Source: Nageia nagi (lineage: Eukaryota > Plantae > Pinophyta). From it: DNA of 64,000 nucleotides. This document shows, piece after piece, positions 1 to 13,658 of this stretch. Position 1 is the first letter of the stretch; the number at the start of each line of letters is the position of its first letter. The notes beneath the pieces are model-generated. The model searched no databases. It was given only the letters and a program-made list of their open reading frames with translations, and had not been told where the DNA came from. The stretch spans positions 8,060,001 to 8,124,000 of the forward strand of contig JBITNC010000001.1 of assembly GCA_050084985.1 (NCBI GenBank). The letters run 5' to 3'. Made by a program: the position numbers and the translations under genes.

Positions 1-1320
1 TAAGGTTCCCAAAGAGAAGAAGCCTTTTGAAGCACAAGAAGAGGAGAAAACACTAGAAGAGACTGTACAAGACACTCTAACATCTACTTCAGGAGTAGGT
101 GCACCCTCACATTCTTTAATTATCTTTTTTCATAGCCTCGCAAGAGGAAATAAAGAGCATTATTTCCACTCATATAGTAGAGCCCGTTGATTGGGCAACA
201 TTTGTAAATAAACCCCTTGTACTCCTAAAGCAATAATCGAGAACTTTGAGTAAAGTAACAAAAGTAGGGGATTTCAAAATTGCCAAGATGTCTTTCAAAT
301 AAGGGAAAATAGATACCACCCCCATGACTATAATAAATGTAAATATGTAGAGTACCCCATCCTTAGATCAATATAGATTTTTTGTAAATACTTCCATGGT
401 AGTTGGTAAAAGCCTCTAATCCATGGAGAATAAGATTTTTAAATTGAACAAAAAGATAGATCAATATAAAAAGGACTACTCTCAAAAGGATAAAATAATA
501 GCTAGATTGCAAAACCAAAATAAAAAATTAATAAAAAAGTTGAATAAGCAGAAGTTTGAATTTTAAAAGAGTCTAGAATAGGGTAAGTTTGAGCTAGAAA
601 GTGTAAAGAAATAGATGGAAGATCTAAAGGCTCAAGCCATTGTGATGGAAAAATAGAAAGCTCAACAGATAGAAGAAGAGTTGAAGAAGGTAATAGTAGC
701 AAATAAAGTACTTAATGATAATAAAACAAAACTTCTATAGATTATTAAAAATTTCATAAAATCCCTGGTTGAGCAAATAAGAGAGAGATCGATGAGTATA
801 TCATAGTTACATTTATTGAAAAATCAAATAGAATAGGCTATCCAGTATATCACTCGGGGTACTCTACATAAATTGGCCTTAGCTATACCCAAATCAATAA
901 TTGAAGGAATGCAAAGTTGGTTGAAGGCCTTAACAGAAAAGGATCTAGCCATCATAACGCTAAGGTCAAAATAGATAATTTTGAGGAGAACCTGGGATGT
1001 CTACGATTTATAAGATCTAGTATTTAGTATGGATATTTAGAAACATCAATTGAATACAAAAATTGGTTTTGTAAATAAATTCTTTAATTGAATTGAAGGC
1101 TCCAAAATTATGGGAAGAATAAGATGTATAATGTAGTGTCAATCGATGGGTGGAAAATACCAAACAATTTTTAGAATAGTCTATCTCTAAGAAAAAAATC
1201 TCAGATATATAGGAAATAAGTGATTGAGCTCAAGAGGCAATCTTAAGATTTCTATACGTCAAGAAATAAAAACTATGCTAATAGGCTTTAGAGAAAATAT
1301 AGTTAAATTATAAGCATGTC
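1..1320 (+). pseudogene. Decayed K/E-rich coiled-coil coding remnant, probably an accessory ORF of a retroelement running off the window edge
   Basis: Purine-rich + strand with a readable heptad-like segment (SMENKIFKLNKKIDQYKKDYSQKDKIIARLQNQNKKLIKKLNKQK, about 420-555) broken by stops; no diagnostic domain recognised. Confidence 0.3.
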
Positions 1321-2094
1321 CTATTTTTTCACATATGAATAATTATGATTTAAAATATTTGTATCAAAAACTTCAATCTTTCCTCCCTCCAAAATTAGTG
1401 CCATCACTAGAAACATCCATAAAAGATTCATTTGGGTAGGCAAGTGGAAGTGGCGAATAAGGGTCCAATTCTTCAACAGGCTAAGACCCTGAGAGCTGCT
1501 AAAAGATGTCATTCATTCAAAATCACACTCTGAAGATAGGGTAATATTTTACCATTCTTTTATTCTTTCATCCCTTTCAAATAAACTCTTTCTTAATTCT
1601 TATTTCTTGCTTCCCTTTCATACTTTTGTAAATATTAAAAAAGATGTATGTTCTTTGTACTTAGTTAATTTTATCAAAATAGTTAATTTTATCAAAATTT
1701 AGTTAAGTTTAGGGAAGTCTAGGTGCTATTGATATATATAGGTCTTAAATATTTTGGTTGGTAACTTAATCGCTATTTTGTTCAAAAGTAGGTGTTGTCA
1801 TGAAAATAAGTCCTAGAGGTTGATCATAGCTCAGTTGGGTATTTTTTGGTAACTGTACATAGGTTTGAGATCATAAGACATTGTCAATATGTTTAAATCA
1901 TGTTCAAGAAGTAATGTAGCATATCCGAGAAATGGAATAACATGTAATGGAAGTAAATGTTTAAGTTTGGATATAAGTATTATAGAAGTCTAAGTCTTTT
2001 CGAGGAATATTGTAAATATGAGTCACTATCAAGTCAAAATTACCAATGGGTAATGTCTTAAACCTCATGGATTTTTGGAGAAACAATTCTACCA

Positions 2095-2385
2095 TGAGTA
2101 AAAATTAGTGGGTAATATTTTAGAACTTATGGATTTCCAAAGGAGTTATACAGTATGCCCAAAATTAGTGGGAGATATTTTAGATAGCTATCCTATAGAG
2201 CCTACCAATTTTGAGTGATGATGTCACATAGTTTTTCAAAAATTAGTAGGTGCTAAGATAATTCATTAGCAAGTACTATATAGCAAGCAATCAATGGGAT
2301 ATATTTCAAAAAGCCTATCATATAAATCCCACCAATTTTTAGCGATGATATCATACTTTTTACCAAAAATTGATGGGTGGTAAAG
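2095..2385. repeat. Short tandem and self-complementary repeats, probably inside a decayed LTR or non-coding retroelement region
   Basis: aaaattagtggg...atattttaga at 2101 and 2161 (60-bp period); stem-loops cctaccaattttga..tcaaaaattagtagg (about 2201-2250) and cccaccaattttt..aaaaattgatggg (about 2328-2377). Confidence 0.55.
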
Positions 2386-3917
2386 CAAAGTCCCAAAGAG
2401 CAATAAACCCTACTAAGAGCAAACAAAACCTACTATATTGACAATAGGATAGTAAGCTAAATGGAACACCTAGGTACACTTAATCACAAGTGTTTGATCC
2501 TCAAGGCTCTATCAATGTGTTGACCATAACTCATTTCCACATGACACTAGAAGTTCTTCCTTGGGTTTCAATGATGCACTTTTCATTGCCCTCACAATTC
2601 CCTACAACTCGAAACTATAGTGATTACCATATATGGTTGCAAAAAGTTAGATGGCTATTGATAGAGCATAGAGACAAATTGTATCAATCAAGCTAATGAA
2701 TCATACCTTGATAATTAGCTACATTTACAATAAGGTGCAGTTAATGATAGATCAAAGAGATTGAAATTAAGAAAGTACAATAGTTTAGAATTTGTAAAAT
2801 TCTAGACTTTGATGCTGATTGTACTTAGTTATTGTGTAATCTAGCATAATCATGATTGGATATTGTACAATTATAATAATTTCTTCTTTTTTCCTTGTTA
2901 AATAGAATAATTAAAGGTAGTATTGGTAGACAACCACCCAATTGTAAAGTTATACATATAAATAATGGACTATTAAAGGTCCAAAAGGTCAAACAATCTA
3001 GCAAATTTGCCCAATGTATGAAATGCTTTCATGTGTGATAATACAGTGCAATGATGCTTTACCCTTCACAATTCATGGTTCTTTATTATGTTTTGTAAAT
3101 ATTATGCATGAAGTATTGTCTTAAATTATGGTTGTGTATTGTGATTGCAAGACCCTAAGAATAAAGTAGTCTTTTATTCCTATTCATAGCTATGGATTAT
3201 TTTTTGTGCGATGATGCTCAGGTGAGTTAGTTTTAGTTTATTATCTATATTTTGCTTATTTATCTCTTTCCTATTACTCTTGTCTCTTTATCTCTTTGTA
3301 GATACTTTTAACCTTTACCATTGAATAGGAACTGACCTATAATCCAAAGATTAAGCAAAAAACCCCAATAAGTGCACTGTTTGAAGGAGCCTACTATTGT
3401 GGGAAATGGAGAACATGACCAGACCAAACACTTGAGGTTACATTATATCAATCAAGAATTATCTATTAACAATTCTATCTGCATTATTGTGTATGATATG
3501 TTATGTTGCTTATGTCCACAATAAGCACAATAAGATATAAAGGTTGAATGTCTTTCCTCATGGATAACCTATACAAAACATCATGAATTAAAAAAGTTAG
3601 GACCATCTACATTTACAAGCTCTCAAAATATATATCATTGTTATGCTTCATCATTATTCATAATGTTACAATACAACCAACCTAGATGCTTAAAACTGTA
3701 GAGGTTGCAATATGATGAGGCAATTGCAATTGTGTCAAAATGATATGAAATGATTTTTTCCTATAGATAAATGCATAATGAAGCAAAATATTTTATGCCA
3801 TATCTCATTTGGTATCACCACATCTCATCGTACCTGGTCTCATCTCATCTATATGGTCTCGCTAATACACTAAATACCCCTGTCTCCCCCAACAATGATC
3901 ACAATATATGCACAAAT

Positions 3918-4730
3918 AATATATGAAACTATATCAAGTGCACCATATGTATGATATGAAATGATCTAAGTACACCATAAGATATGAAACTATGTTAAGT
4001 GCATTATATGTATGGTATGAAATAATATAAATGCACCTCTCTCCTCTAATCCCTCTATTAGAAAGACTCAAAATGACAAACATATTTTAGGTGCCTAAAA
4101 ATAATGAAACATGTTGTGGGCTCCTTCATTTCTAGAAGTATAATACTTAACCAAACATAGATGATATAAATGTCCAAAAGTAGTAAGTTGGAAAAAATAT
4201 ATTTGTAAAACTTAACTAAACATAGAAAAAATATGTGGTTTCCAAGTGGATGTCATGTTGTATATAAATAATGATGAGATGAAAATAATTTAACATATGA
4301 TGGGTTCCTTCATTGCTTGGCCTATATCACAACATTTATACAAATAAATTATTATATATCATATGAAATTGTGTCTACATAATACATATTCCACATTACA
4401 GTAATAAAACTATGTTTGCATCATGTATCTTCCACATTTTGTATACATATCTATCAAGTTTTATGTTCCAATTCATTTTTTCAAAAAGTTCTTCTCAAGT
4501 GTGTGTATGTGTCTACTTGATGCTTCTAAATTGAATGTTGTGATAGCATTACTATAGATCATATTTGACTCATATGAGCAATAATTGGAACAATAGATTA
4601 TATTTGAATAATTTCATATCATATGGTATAGTAGCATCATTTTATACCAATATAGTGTAATAAGATCATTTCATATCATATGTTGGTGTATTTGGATCAT
4701 TTTATATCATATGGTGTACTTGATCATGAA
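3918..4730. repeat. ~30-bp minisatellite present as two arrays in opposite orientation
   Basis: atatgaaatgatctaagtacacc-type units at about 3920-4037; reverse-complement units (gatcatttcatatcatatg..ggtgta) at about 4610-4727; single copies near 5115 and 5565. Confidence 0.65.
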
Positions 4731-6474
4731 CATACATTTATATTTCATCATTTACATATATTATATAATATATATAACAATGATTGGTCATTTCCATTGG
4801 ACCATCCTTCATGATCCATGGCTAGCATCATAATTGGGCTCACTCTGATTGAGCTTAGGTGCCAAAATACCCATAAACCTTGAATTGGGTATGTGTATGT
4901 ATCTACTTTGTACTTTGGAAATTGAATGTTGTGGTTTTGAATGCCTAGAAAGATATGTATGCAAAATAGGAGCTCTAGAAGAAGGTGTGGACACCCATCA
5001 AAGAGTAGTTGAAAATAGTTTTGCTTAAATATTATGGTTCTTATTACCCTAATAGATATGTATGCAAAATATGCAATAATACACAAAGCCTAAGAATTAT
5101 TTCATAATATGCATGATATGATATGAAATGATTTAAATATAGTACCATATGATCTAAAAATTGGCTTGGAGAAGGAAAGCAACTTTTCATAATTTGAATC
5201 AATCTCTTTCAAGAAGGTCTTGTAAGCTATATTTTGTGCTTTACAAAATCCCTTCTTTATTTCTCATTCTTTGAATAAGAAACAAAAAAGGGATTTTAGT
5301 AAAGCCCATAATATTGGAAAGAATAAAACTTTAATAGTATGAGAAACTTTTGTATTTGTTCTACTTACATGTATAAATATATGTATGTGTTCCATTGACC
5401 CATTCTTTTGGAGCCCATGCCCAACATCATAATTGAGCTCACTATGATTGAGATAAAGTGCCAAAATACCCATAAACCCTGAATTGGGTATGTGAATGTG
5501 TCTATATGGTACTTTGTAAGTTCAATTATATGGTTTTGAATACCTACATAGATAAGATACATGATGTGATATGAAATGATTTAAATATAATACCATATGA
5601 TCCAAAAAGTGACTTGGAAAAGAAAAGCAATTATTCAACCCAAAAAAATTCCAAGTATCAAAAACCAATCCAAAAATGATAAGTTGGCAAAAACCACAAT
5701 GCCCAAGAATTGTTTAACAAGATGCACGATGTAAATAGAGTGTCAATATCTTTTAAACAGGTCTTGCAATCTATATTTTTCACTTTACTAAGAACACTTT
5801 TTTGTGAAAAATAAAAAAGGCTCTTAGGAAAGGAAAAAATAGCATTGGTAACCTTTATATATGTTCTACTTGCATATATAAACATGTGTATATGTTCTAC
5901 TTGCATACAACCATGTAGGTCTAGTGGATGAGGGTTGAAAATACTTTAATAGCATGAGTGACTCTTATTGCATTATTCTTGATATGTATCATTCTTTCGA
6001 TAGGTTGCCACCATGGAAACTCTAGAAGAAGGTATAGACATTCAACAAAGAGTAGCTAAAAATGGATTTCCATCAAATGTTGTGGTTGTGAATGCACTAA
6101 TAGGCATGTATGCAAAATTTGGAAGAATATGTAAGGACCAAGAATTATTTAACAAGATGCATGATGCATACATAATTACATAATGGAGATACATCCAACC
6201 TTTATAGTTTATTATGCTTATCATGGAGGTAAGACAACATAGCAATTAAATTTTTGGGTCTAAACAATTGTTAAGTATTATAAGCTTATTTTTACCAAAT
6301 TACCACTTTTGGATAGGTTTTTGACACTTTCTTAAAGTATAGTATTTCATCCTTTAGCTAGTTTTACACTTGATAATTGCATTTGATTAAAAGTCTCTAC
6401 AATTTTCCATTTTTTTTGCATATCCTGCAATCATAGGATTAATCATTATACATGAATTGTTAACCTTCTTGGCT

Positions 6475-6910
6475 ATGCAGGCTATCTTGAGGGAGCTTTG
6501 AACTTAAATGCCAAAATACCAATAAACCTTGAATTGGGTGTGTGAATGTGTCTACTTAGTGCTTGTAAATTGAATGTTATGATCCATGCAAGATATCTTG
6601 AGGGAACTTTGAACTTCACTACCAAAATACCCATAAATAGTGAATTAGGTGTGTGCATGTGTCTACTTGATACTTGAAAATCAAATATTGTGATTCAATA
6701 AGGCTATCATGAGTAAGATTTTAACTTCATTACCAAAATACCCATAAACCCTAAATTAGATGTGTAGATGTGTCTACTTGGTGCTCATAAATTGAATGTT
6801 GTGGTTTATGCAGGCTATATGAGTTTTAAAATTCACTGCTAAAATACCCATAAACCCTAAATTGGGTGTATGGATGTGTCAACTTGTTCTTGTAAATAAA
6901 ATGTTGTGGG
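6475..6910 (+). repeat. Four tandem 111-bp units derived from a PPR S2/E1 coding motif
   Basis: Units start at 6475, 6586, 6697 and 6808 (atgcaggctatcttgag...ccaaaatacccataaacc...atgtgtctactt...attgaatgttgtg); period 111 = 37 codons. Confidence 0.85.
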
Positions 6911-9900
6911 TTTATTTGATAAGATGCATAATGCAAATAAATTTTCATATTCTATAATATTGTGCAATATACAAAATGTATTTTCTAAAAAAGGCCCATA
7001 AACACATGAAATATGTGGAAGAATAAAATAAGACTCAAGATTTATTTGACATGATTTATGAAGAAAACATAGATTTCATGATCTCCAATGATTATGCTAT
7101 ACATAATTTATGTTTTTTTTAAAAAAACCCATAGACACTAAAAAATGTGGAAGAATATACAAGACCCAGAAAAATTTTACAAAATACATGATGCAAACAT
7201 AGTTTCATGGTTTGCAATGTTTGTAAAATTCATCAAATTTCTAAAAGAATGCAAAAAAATACAAAGCATAGAATATATGTAAAATGTAAAAGTATATTTA
7301 CAAGTCTGCAAGATCATGAACTGAAATACATGCTTGCACCTCTTTATAGGCAAACATATTTCCCATTGTTTGGTCTCACCAAGTCTCCTCGCATCTAGTC
7401 TCACCACATCTCCTCTCATTCGATCTTCCCTCTTCCTCTCTCATCTCACCAAATACACCAAATCCCCTCTCCTTATAACCCCTCATCTTGAAATATTTCA
7501 AATGTCAAAAATATTCCCTCATGTGTCCTTTTCTATTTTTATTTTTTGGTTTCATGAAGAGGCAGTTTTTAGCCTCCTCATCTCTTCTTTTGGGGCAAGT
7601 AAAATTTGCCTCTTAGAAACTACCACTAAAACAAAATATTAGGGAGGTTAAAAACCACTATAAGAAAACTACATCAAATTGCCCACCCCTAAAGCCCATT
7701 TTTGTTCTAGTGTCCTTACTACCTCTAATATCTTTTGGCAATGGTTTGTATTTTCTATACAGAGGTTTTGGTTTCCTACAACAATATTGCACAATATTAT
7801 TTTTTAAAATCATTCTCTTGACAATCATTTATATAGTTTTACCATTCAATCCCCTTATATTTCATATGTTTATTATCATAAAGGATTTTGTTATATATTT
7901 AGTTATTGATTTAACCAATCCCTTTCTCTAGTATGTTCTTCTTGTTATAATTACATTTTTCCTTTTTATTTTCCTCCCCATGTTTGAGAGCTCACTTTCT
8001 TCAATCTATTTTCTACTTGGTTGATACCTAGTGTTTTCTTCTCTCTATTTTTCTCTTTCACTTCTATAATGGAATCCATTATTAGGTGTTGATCTTATGT
8101 GTACACTACCAATGTCCCTACCATTTCATTATGTGGGAACATAGATTTCTTTGTGCCTACTCTTAGGCCAATACCTCTTAAGGGTATCAGAGTTTTAACC
8201 CTCTTTTACCATTATGATTATATATTATTTTTTGATGAATATGTGTCTCACCTATGGTGGGGTTCTACTCTTAATTAGTTTATTGATCTTTTTACTTCAA
8301 TTGGTCTAGGTAATTTGTTGGTTCCACTCATGAAACCTCTTCCCCTTCCATTAGATCATCTAGTTTGAAAATATGATATTTGTTAGAATATATCTTTGAT
8401 CTTGGTATGAGTTCATATTTAATACCTTTGGTTGATTCCTCCCTTTTATTTGATAATCTCCAACTAAATGTCCATAATTTATTATTATTTTAGGATAATC
8501 TCAACTAAATATCCATAATCATACATGCTTTGCATTATAAGGGAGCTTATTCATAATCTATTTATTTTCTACACACAATTTTCCTAATTTAATTCAATTT
8601 ATATTGGAATCCCCAAATCCATCTCCATATACATCCTTTTCTATTTCATTAATAGTTTTACGAATTCTCTTGAGCTTCCTATAATCCTCCTAGAAGGTTT
8701 CTAATCATTTCAAGAATGTTCTCTCTCTCAAATTCTAATGAGAGGGGAAAGAGATATAACTTGATTGGAATAGCAAATGATCTTTACGAGGATTAAAATA
8801 TTAACCTTCAAGGTTGCATGACTAGCTCTATTAACTCAATGTTGTATGATGTCCATTAAAATACCTTACTCCTATATAAGATCATTATAAATTCAGCTAC
8901 AAAGTATCCATTTGATAAAAAGTATGATATCTACTTCTCCTTATGGATCCCAATATTTTTTAGTCCAATTGTACAAGAAATAGCATGCATGGTTGGACCT
9001 AAATTGTAACAACGTCCTTCCTATACACCCACCATTACTATTAATAACTCCACTATTAGAATAGCTAATTAAATCTTATGTATTTTTATTCCATGAAGAC
9101 TTAGTTCCATCTACTATTGTGATGGATAAATAAATCTTATTTCATATAATTCAACCGTAATTTTTTTTTATTCAATTATGTTTATATGTGTACTCTAATT
9201 GATTTAGCCAATTTAGGTAACTAAGAGAACAATAAAGGTTATCCCATTATTTTTTGAAACCATTTTCAGTTTCCAAATATGATTGTTAGATATAAAAACC
9301 TTTAAGAATCCCTTATGTTAAGATTAAAAGAGTACCTATATAATTTTGACATCCAAACATCTTCATTATTGGTATTTTTATATTTTTACCTTCTTAGGAA
9401 TTATTCAACTCATCCTAACATTCATGATATATATGGATATTGAATGTGAATATTCATAACATAAGGAATAAGTGCTCTTAAAGCCATAATTTTCTTCATA
9501 AGGACATGGTAGCATACATTATCCCACTAATTTATTCATGAATTTATAACTTGATTTCCCATGTGTATCCTATCCAATTATCATGATATATCCACAATAA
9601 AGTAATCTAAATAATTGTAATAGTAAATACAATATTCACAAAGTAACATTCATTATATATAAAAGAATAATCTACATTTTGGTAATGTGGAAACTTTATT
9701 TCAGAGTAAAATTAAGGGCAAAAAATATTGTCATTCATCATGATTCATTTTATTAAATTTTTAATGAAATATTACAATTTTTAATGTTTATAACAACCAA
9801 GTGTTTATATTCAATTTCCTTGCTCAAATACATTGTAAGCTAATTTTTATAGCTACAGTAAAATCTTACAAATCCAAACTATTAGATACTCCAAAAAATT

Positions 9901-10439
9901 TACAAAATGCACATGATAATAAAAGTGGTCTATATTACAAGACTCTCATATGCTTCTATAAGAATTTTTATCCTCCAATTAATCCCTTCCATATCATAAT
10001 GTACCATATCATAATAATTAATTAAAATATTATTATTTGGTGTGATCTTGCCCTAGTTGTATGTGGCATTTTGAGAGTTTATTATTAACTTTGTGAACTA
10101 ATTTTCTAGATGTGGGTCATTTTGGTTTAGAACTTGCATTATTGGCAAGTTGTTGTGGTTGTGGATATTATTTTGTATTATCTTACCATTATTGCTTAAA
10201 TGTTGAACTTGTCAGAGATAATTGCATTATTTTGGGCTTAATTGATGAGATATGACATTCCTGGCTAAATGTTGGGGTTTTTGCACTAAAATATTGTACT
10301 TGAAGTTAGGTGTATGCATTTTTTATGGTTAAATAGGGCATTTTGCACATTTTAAGTCCATAAATGACTTGATTGGAATTTTATATGAATTTTAGTAAAT
10401 TATGTGAACCCCTTTTGGGCCTATTCCAGACCAGCCTTA

Positions 10440-11090
10440 GTTTGGAATATTTCAACAATACTCAATGAAAAATCATTTTCAACTACTCTTTATGGATGTA
10501 CATACTTTCTTCTAGAGCTTCCATGGTAGCTTATGCTAGAATAATGTTGGCAAAGGTTGCAAAGTTTGGCTTTACACTTGATAATTTCATCTACTTGAAA
10601 GTCTCTAAAGCCTTTTCAGATAACCCATGTTGTTTATATCTTGTGATCACTACATTCTATGAGATTGTATTTTTATGAGTCACTTTGTCAAACAATTCAT
10701 GAGCTCTTTCAACATATCTATTTTGTGCATATCCTATGATCATTTCAATCCATAAAATTATGTTTTCATCATGAATATTGTCAAATAATTTGTGTTACTT
10801 CTCTACACTTCTACATTTTACATACATGTCTACTAAGGCACTCAATACCACAACATCTAACATAAATTTGCTTTTAAAGAGTCTTTGATGTATGTATAAA
10901 CCATGTTGTAAATCTTCCAATATGGTGCATGCTTTAAATATGTTGGTAAAGGTGAAATGATCTAGTTGAACTATTGTTATTATTTTGTTGAATTTGATGA
11001 AATTTTATTAATTTTTTTCAAGGAAATTCATGTCTTTAGTAACTTGAAGTTAGCATACTCCATGAGAAGATGTCTTGTTTCATCATACAA
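10440..11090 (-). pseudogene. Decayed PLS-PPR gene fragment
   Basis: Reverse strand reads PPR motifs: ..LSEKALETFK*MKLSSVKPNFATFANIILA*ATMEALEESMYIH.. and VGVLSALVDMYVKCRSVEK. Confidence 0.8.
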
Positions 11091-11368
11091 TCAAAAAATT
11101 AATGAATAAAGGAGCTTGCTCAAATTATATAAAAGCATAAAATATTAATCATGAAAACTTGTAAACACTTTGGTTTTCAATATTACCTTGATTTCAAGCT
11201 TAACATAATCCCCCTTTCCAAGTACATTCTTTTCCATAAGATCTAAAAACCTATTCTTATCCAAAGCATGTAATAAACAAACTTAATTAGCCAAACATCA
11301 CATATTTGCTAACTGATAATAATAATAACAATAAATAAATGAATGAATGAATCCATTAAAGTAGTTAC

Positions 11369-11740
11369 ATCATAGGCATTGGAGATGATTTGCTATAAGA
11401 ATATATATTTATTATTATAAAGGGATTTGATGATGATGTCCATGAGCCTCGAAACTTTAGCTTGGAACTCAAATTTATGGGCTTTCATCCATAAAGACTT
11501 CTTTGAAGTAGACTTAGCCTCAATGCACAAATTAAAGAAGAAAAAACATATGTTAAGCATACTAAAAAAATGCTAAAAAATATAAAATTACATCCAGTAT
11601 CTCAAGATCAAACCTCTTAGCAACATCTACACCAATGAAAAGTGCATTAGGAATGGATCCTATGCATTGATCAAATTAGGAAGGATTCATAGACTCATTT
11701 GGAGGTGTCATTTCCTCTACATTGGCCCTTACATTGGGAC
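11369..11740 (-). pseudogene. Two-exon fragment of an ER HSP90 (endoplasmin/GRP94, SHEPHERD-like) gene
   Basis: Exon about 11740-11614 reads NVRANVEE..CIGSIPNALFIGVDVAKR then GT. Exon about 11522-11369 reads [50 protein letters not shown] then GT, matching the HSP90 signature [36 protein letters not shown]. Stops and a frameshift present; rest of gene absent. Confidence 0.85.
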
Positions 11741-11914
11741 TTACATAAATCTATTTTTCAAATCCTTAATTTTCAATAAATTTTAAATCCAACTCCATTC
11801 CATATCATATGTTCTAAAAGATAGGAAAAAAAAAGTGAATGAAAGAGCTTCCCCTCCAGAAAGGTGTTGCTTGCAACCATGTCTGTGGGAGTTGAATATA
11901 TGTTGAATAAAAAT

Positions 11915-12005
11915 CAAGGCACTCAATATCACAACATTGGATGATGACAAATCATTTTCAACTACTTTTTCATGGATTTTCATACCTTCTTTTAGATTTC
12001 CTATG
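11915..12005 (-). pseudogene. Isolated PPR motif fragment
   Basis: ORF 11783..12022 contains IGNLKEGMKIHEKVVENDLSSSNVVILSALI, the same motif as at 4970 and 6013. Confidence 0.7.
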
Positions 12006-13658
12006 GTGAAGAATGGAGGCAAAGGTTACAAAGTTTGGTTGAAGCGAAATGTTTTATGACAGGGATGCACAAACCCTTCCCTCTCCTACGAATTTTCCTA
12101 CTTATATATTTATATTTGATTTTTATCTTTTTTGAAGGTGGTTTTTAAGGAGAAATTTTAAACAACCTCTTTATGACTATATGAAGATGTTTTAAAATGC
12201 CCCATGAAAAATAACCATCAAAACCCCAAATCGAGGTCGTTTGAATCTACCACCTCAAATTACCTGCCTCAAAAGCCCATATTTTATCTATTGCATTCAA
12301 AAGGGAAATCAAATTAAGCAATCAGATGATGTAGTACATTATGGTACTTCATTTTTTGTTGAAAAATTATTGGATTTGGAGGATGGTTTTGTAAGAGGTA
12401 TGGGATCTTACTAAATATAAAGTTCAAATCCTAGAAGATCTTTTTTGTTATATCATAGATATTTGTTGAAGTAACTATGGGTTATTTATAATACATGTTC
12501 CTTTTTAATCCTAATGGTTCTTATTCTATCAGAACAAAGCTATTAATTTTAAGCTACATATACTTATTTTAGGAGCGGAAGAAGAATAAAGTCTTGGAAA
12601 ATAAAATCCAATCTAAAGGTATTTTATTTTATTATTCTATTTTGTTTTATTTACTTCAATTTCTTATCTCTCTTTACACTTTTATTTCCTCCCACACCCA
12701 CATCTATGTAGATTTTATCCAAGTTCTAATGGAGTTGTTAAGACTATTTTTAGAAGCTAACAGAAAGAATAAAAGAGCCTTGTATTTGCTACATTGTACT
12801 TAGGATCATACACCTTATTACATTATTTGAATGAGACTATATTTGTATGGAATATAGAATATACATATTATAATATTAGGTTAATATTAATACAATCCAA
12901 TGATTTGTTTGATTATAATCTTGATTTTCATAATGTACATGTGGTTGATAGTTAGGTTACATTAAATGAACATAGTTATCACATAATTATTTCGTTGTTC
13001 ACCTTAGTAATTTGGGTTACATGTTTTTAGCATAAATTATTATAACAATTTAATCTTTCTAAATTCATGATGTTGGAATCCCATTTGTTCAAATTGATGA
13101 TGGATAAAGAGTTGATCTCTTTCCTATGATGTTCATTTAAGAATATCTTACATGTTTGTGTTTATTTCTATACTTAACATCATTTAAATTCAACTCAATT
13201 TTATGTTACAAACCTGTGTTGAAGTAATATTTATAGTTGTTTGTTTAAGGTCTCCTTACCTTACCTTTTCATTTATGTTCATCATTCAAAGGGTAAAAGA
13301 GTTGAAATACTATTTAGGTAATTTTATCTTTCTTAGAATCACAACACTTCAAAAGGGTTAAAGAAAATCACCAACATATATGTAAAACTAATTAAAGATA
13401 CAATATGAATGAAATAAAATAAAATTTATACTTACTGATTAACTAATATTATTTTCATAAGATATTAATTATGAAGCTCTGAAACTAATATCTATTAGAC
13501 TAAGGAATCATGAAAATATTTATGTAGTGATTTTATCTAATAAAGAATCATGTAAATAGTTTCAAAGTGCCTCCTTATTCTTCAAAAATTAACTTTTCCT
13601 TCTATTTTTTGTGTTATTAGAAAGCACATGAACTAGTTTTAGTAGGATTGGCTAATCA

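Larger units (their letters stand above)
3450..7330 (+). pseudogene. Mosaic of decayed PLS-class pentatricopeptide repeat (PPR) gene fragments
   Basis: Translations GALEEGVDTHQRVVENSFA*NIMVLITLIDMYAKYAIIHKA*ELFHNMHD (about 4969-5116), METLEEGIDIQQRVAKNGFPSNVVVVNALIGMYAKFGRICKDQELFNKMHD (about 6013-6165) and AGYLEGALNLNAKIPINLELGV*MCLLSACK (about 6477-6570). Many stops, an internal duplication of about 600 bp (4770-5260 vs 5370-5800) and one inverted piece near 4410-4460. Confidence 0.85.

Noticed and set aside
7650-10430. Possible old copia or LTR debris
   Set aside because: Too decayed; no domain, PBS/PPT or paired LTR could be supported.
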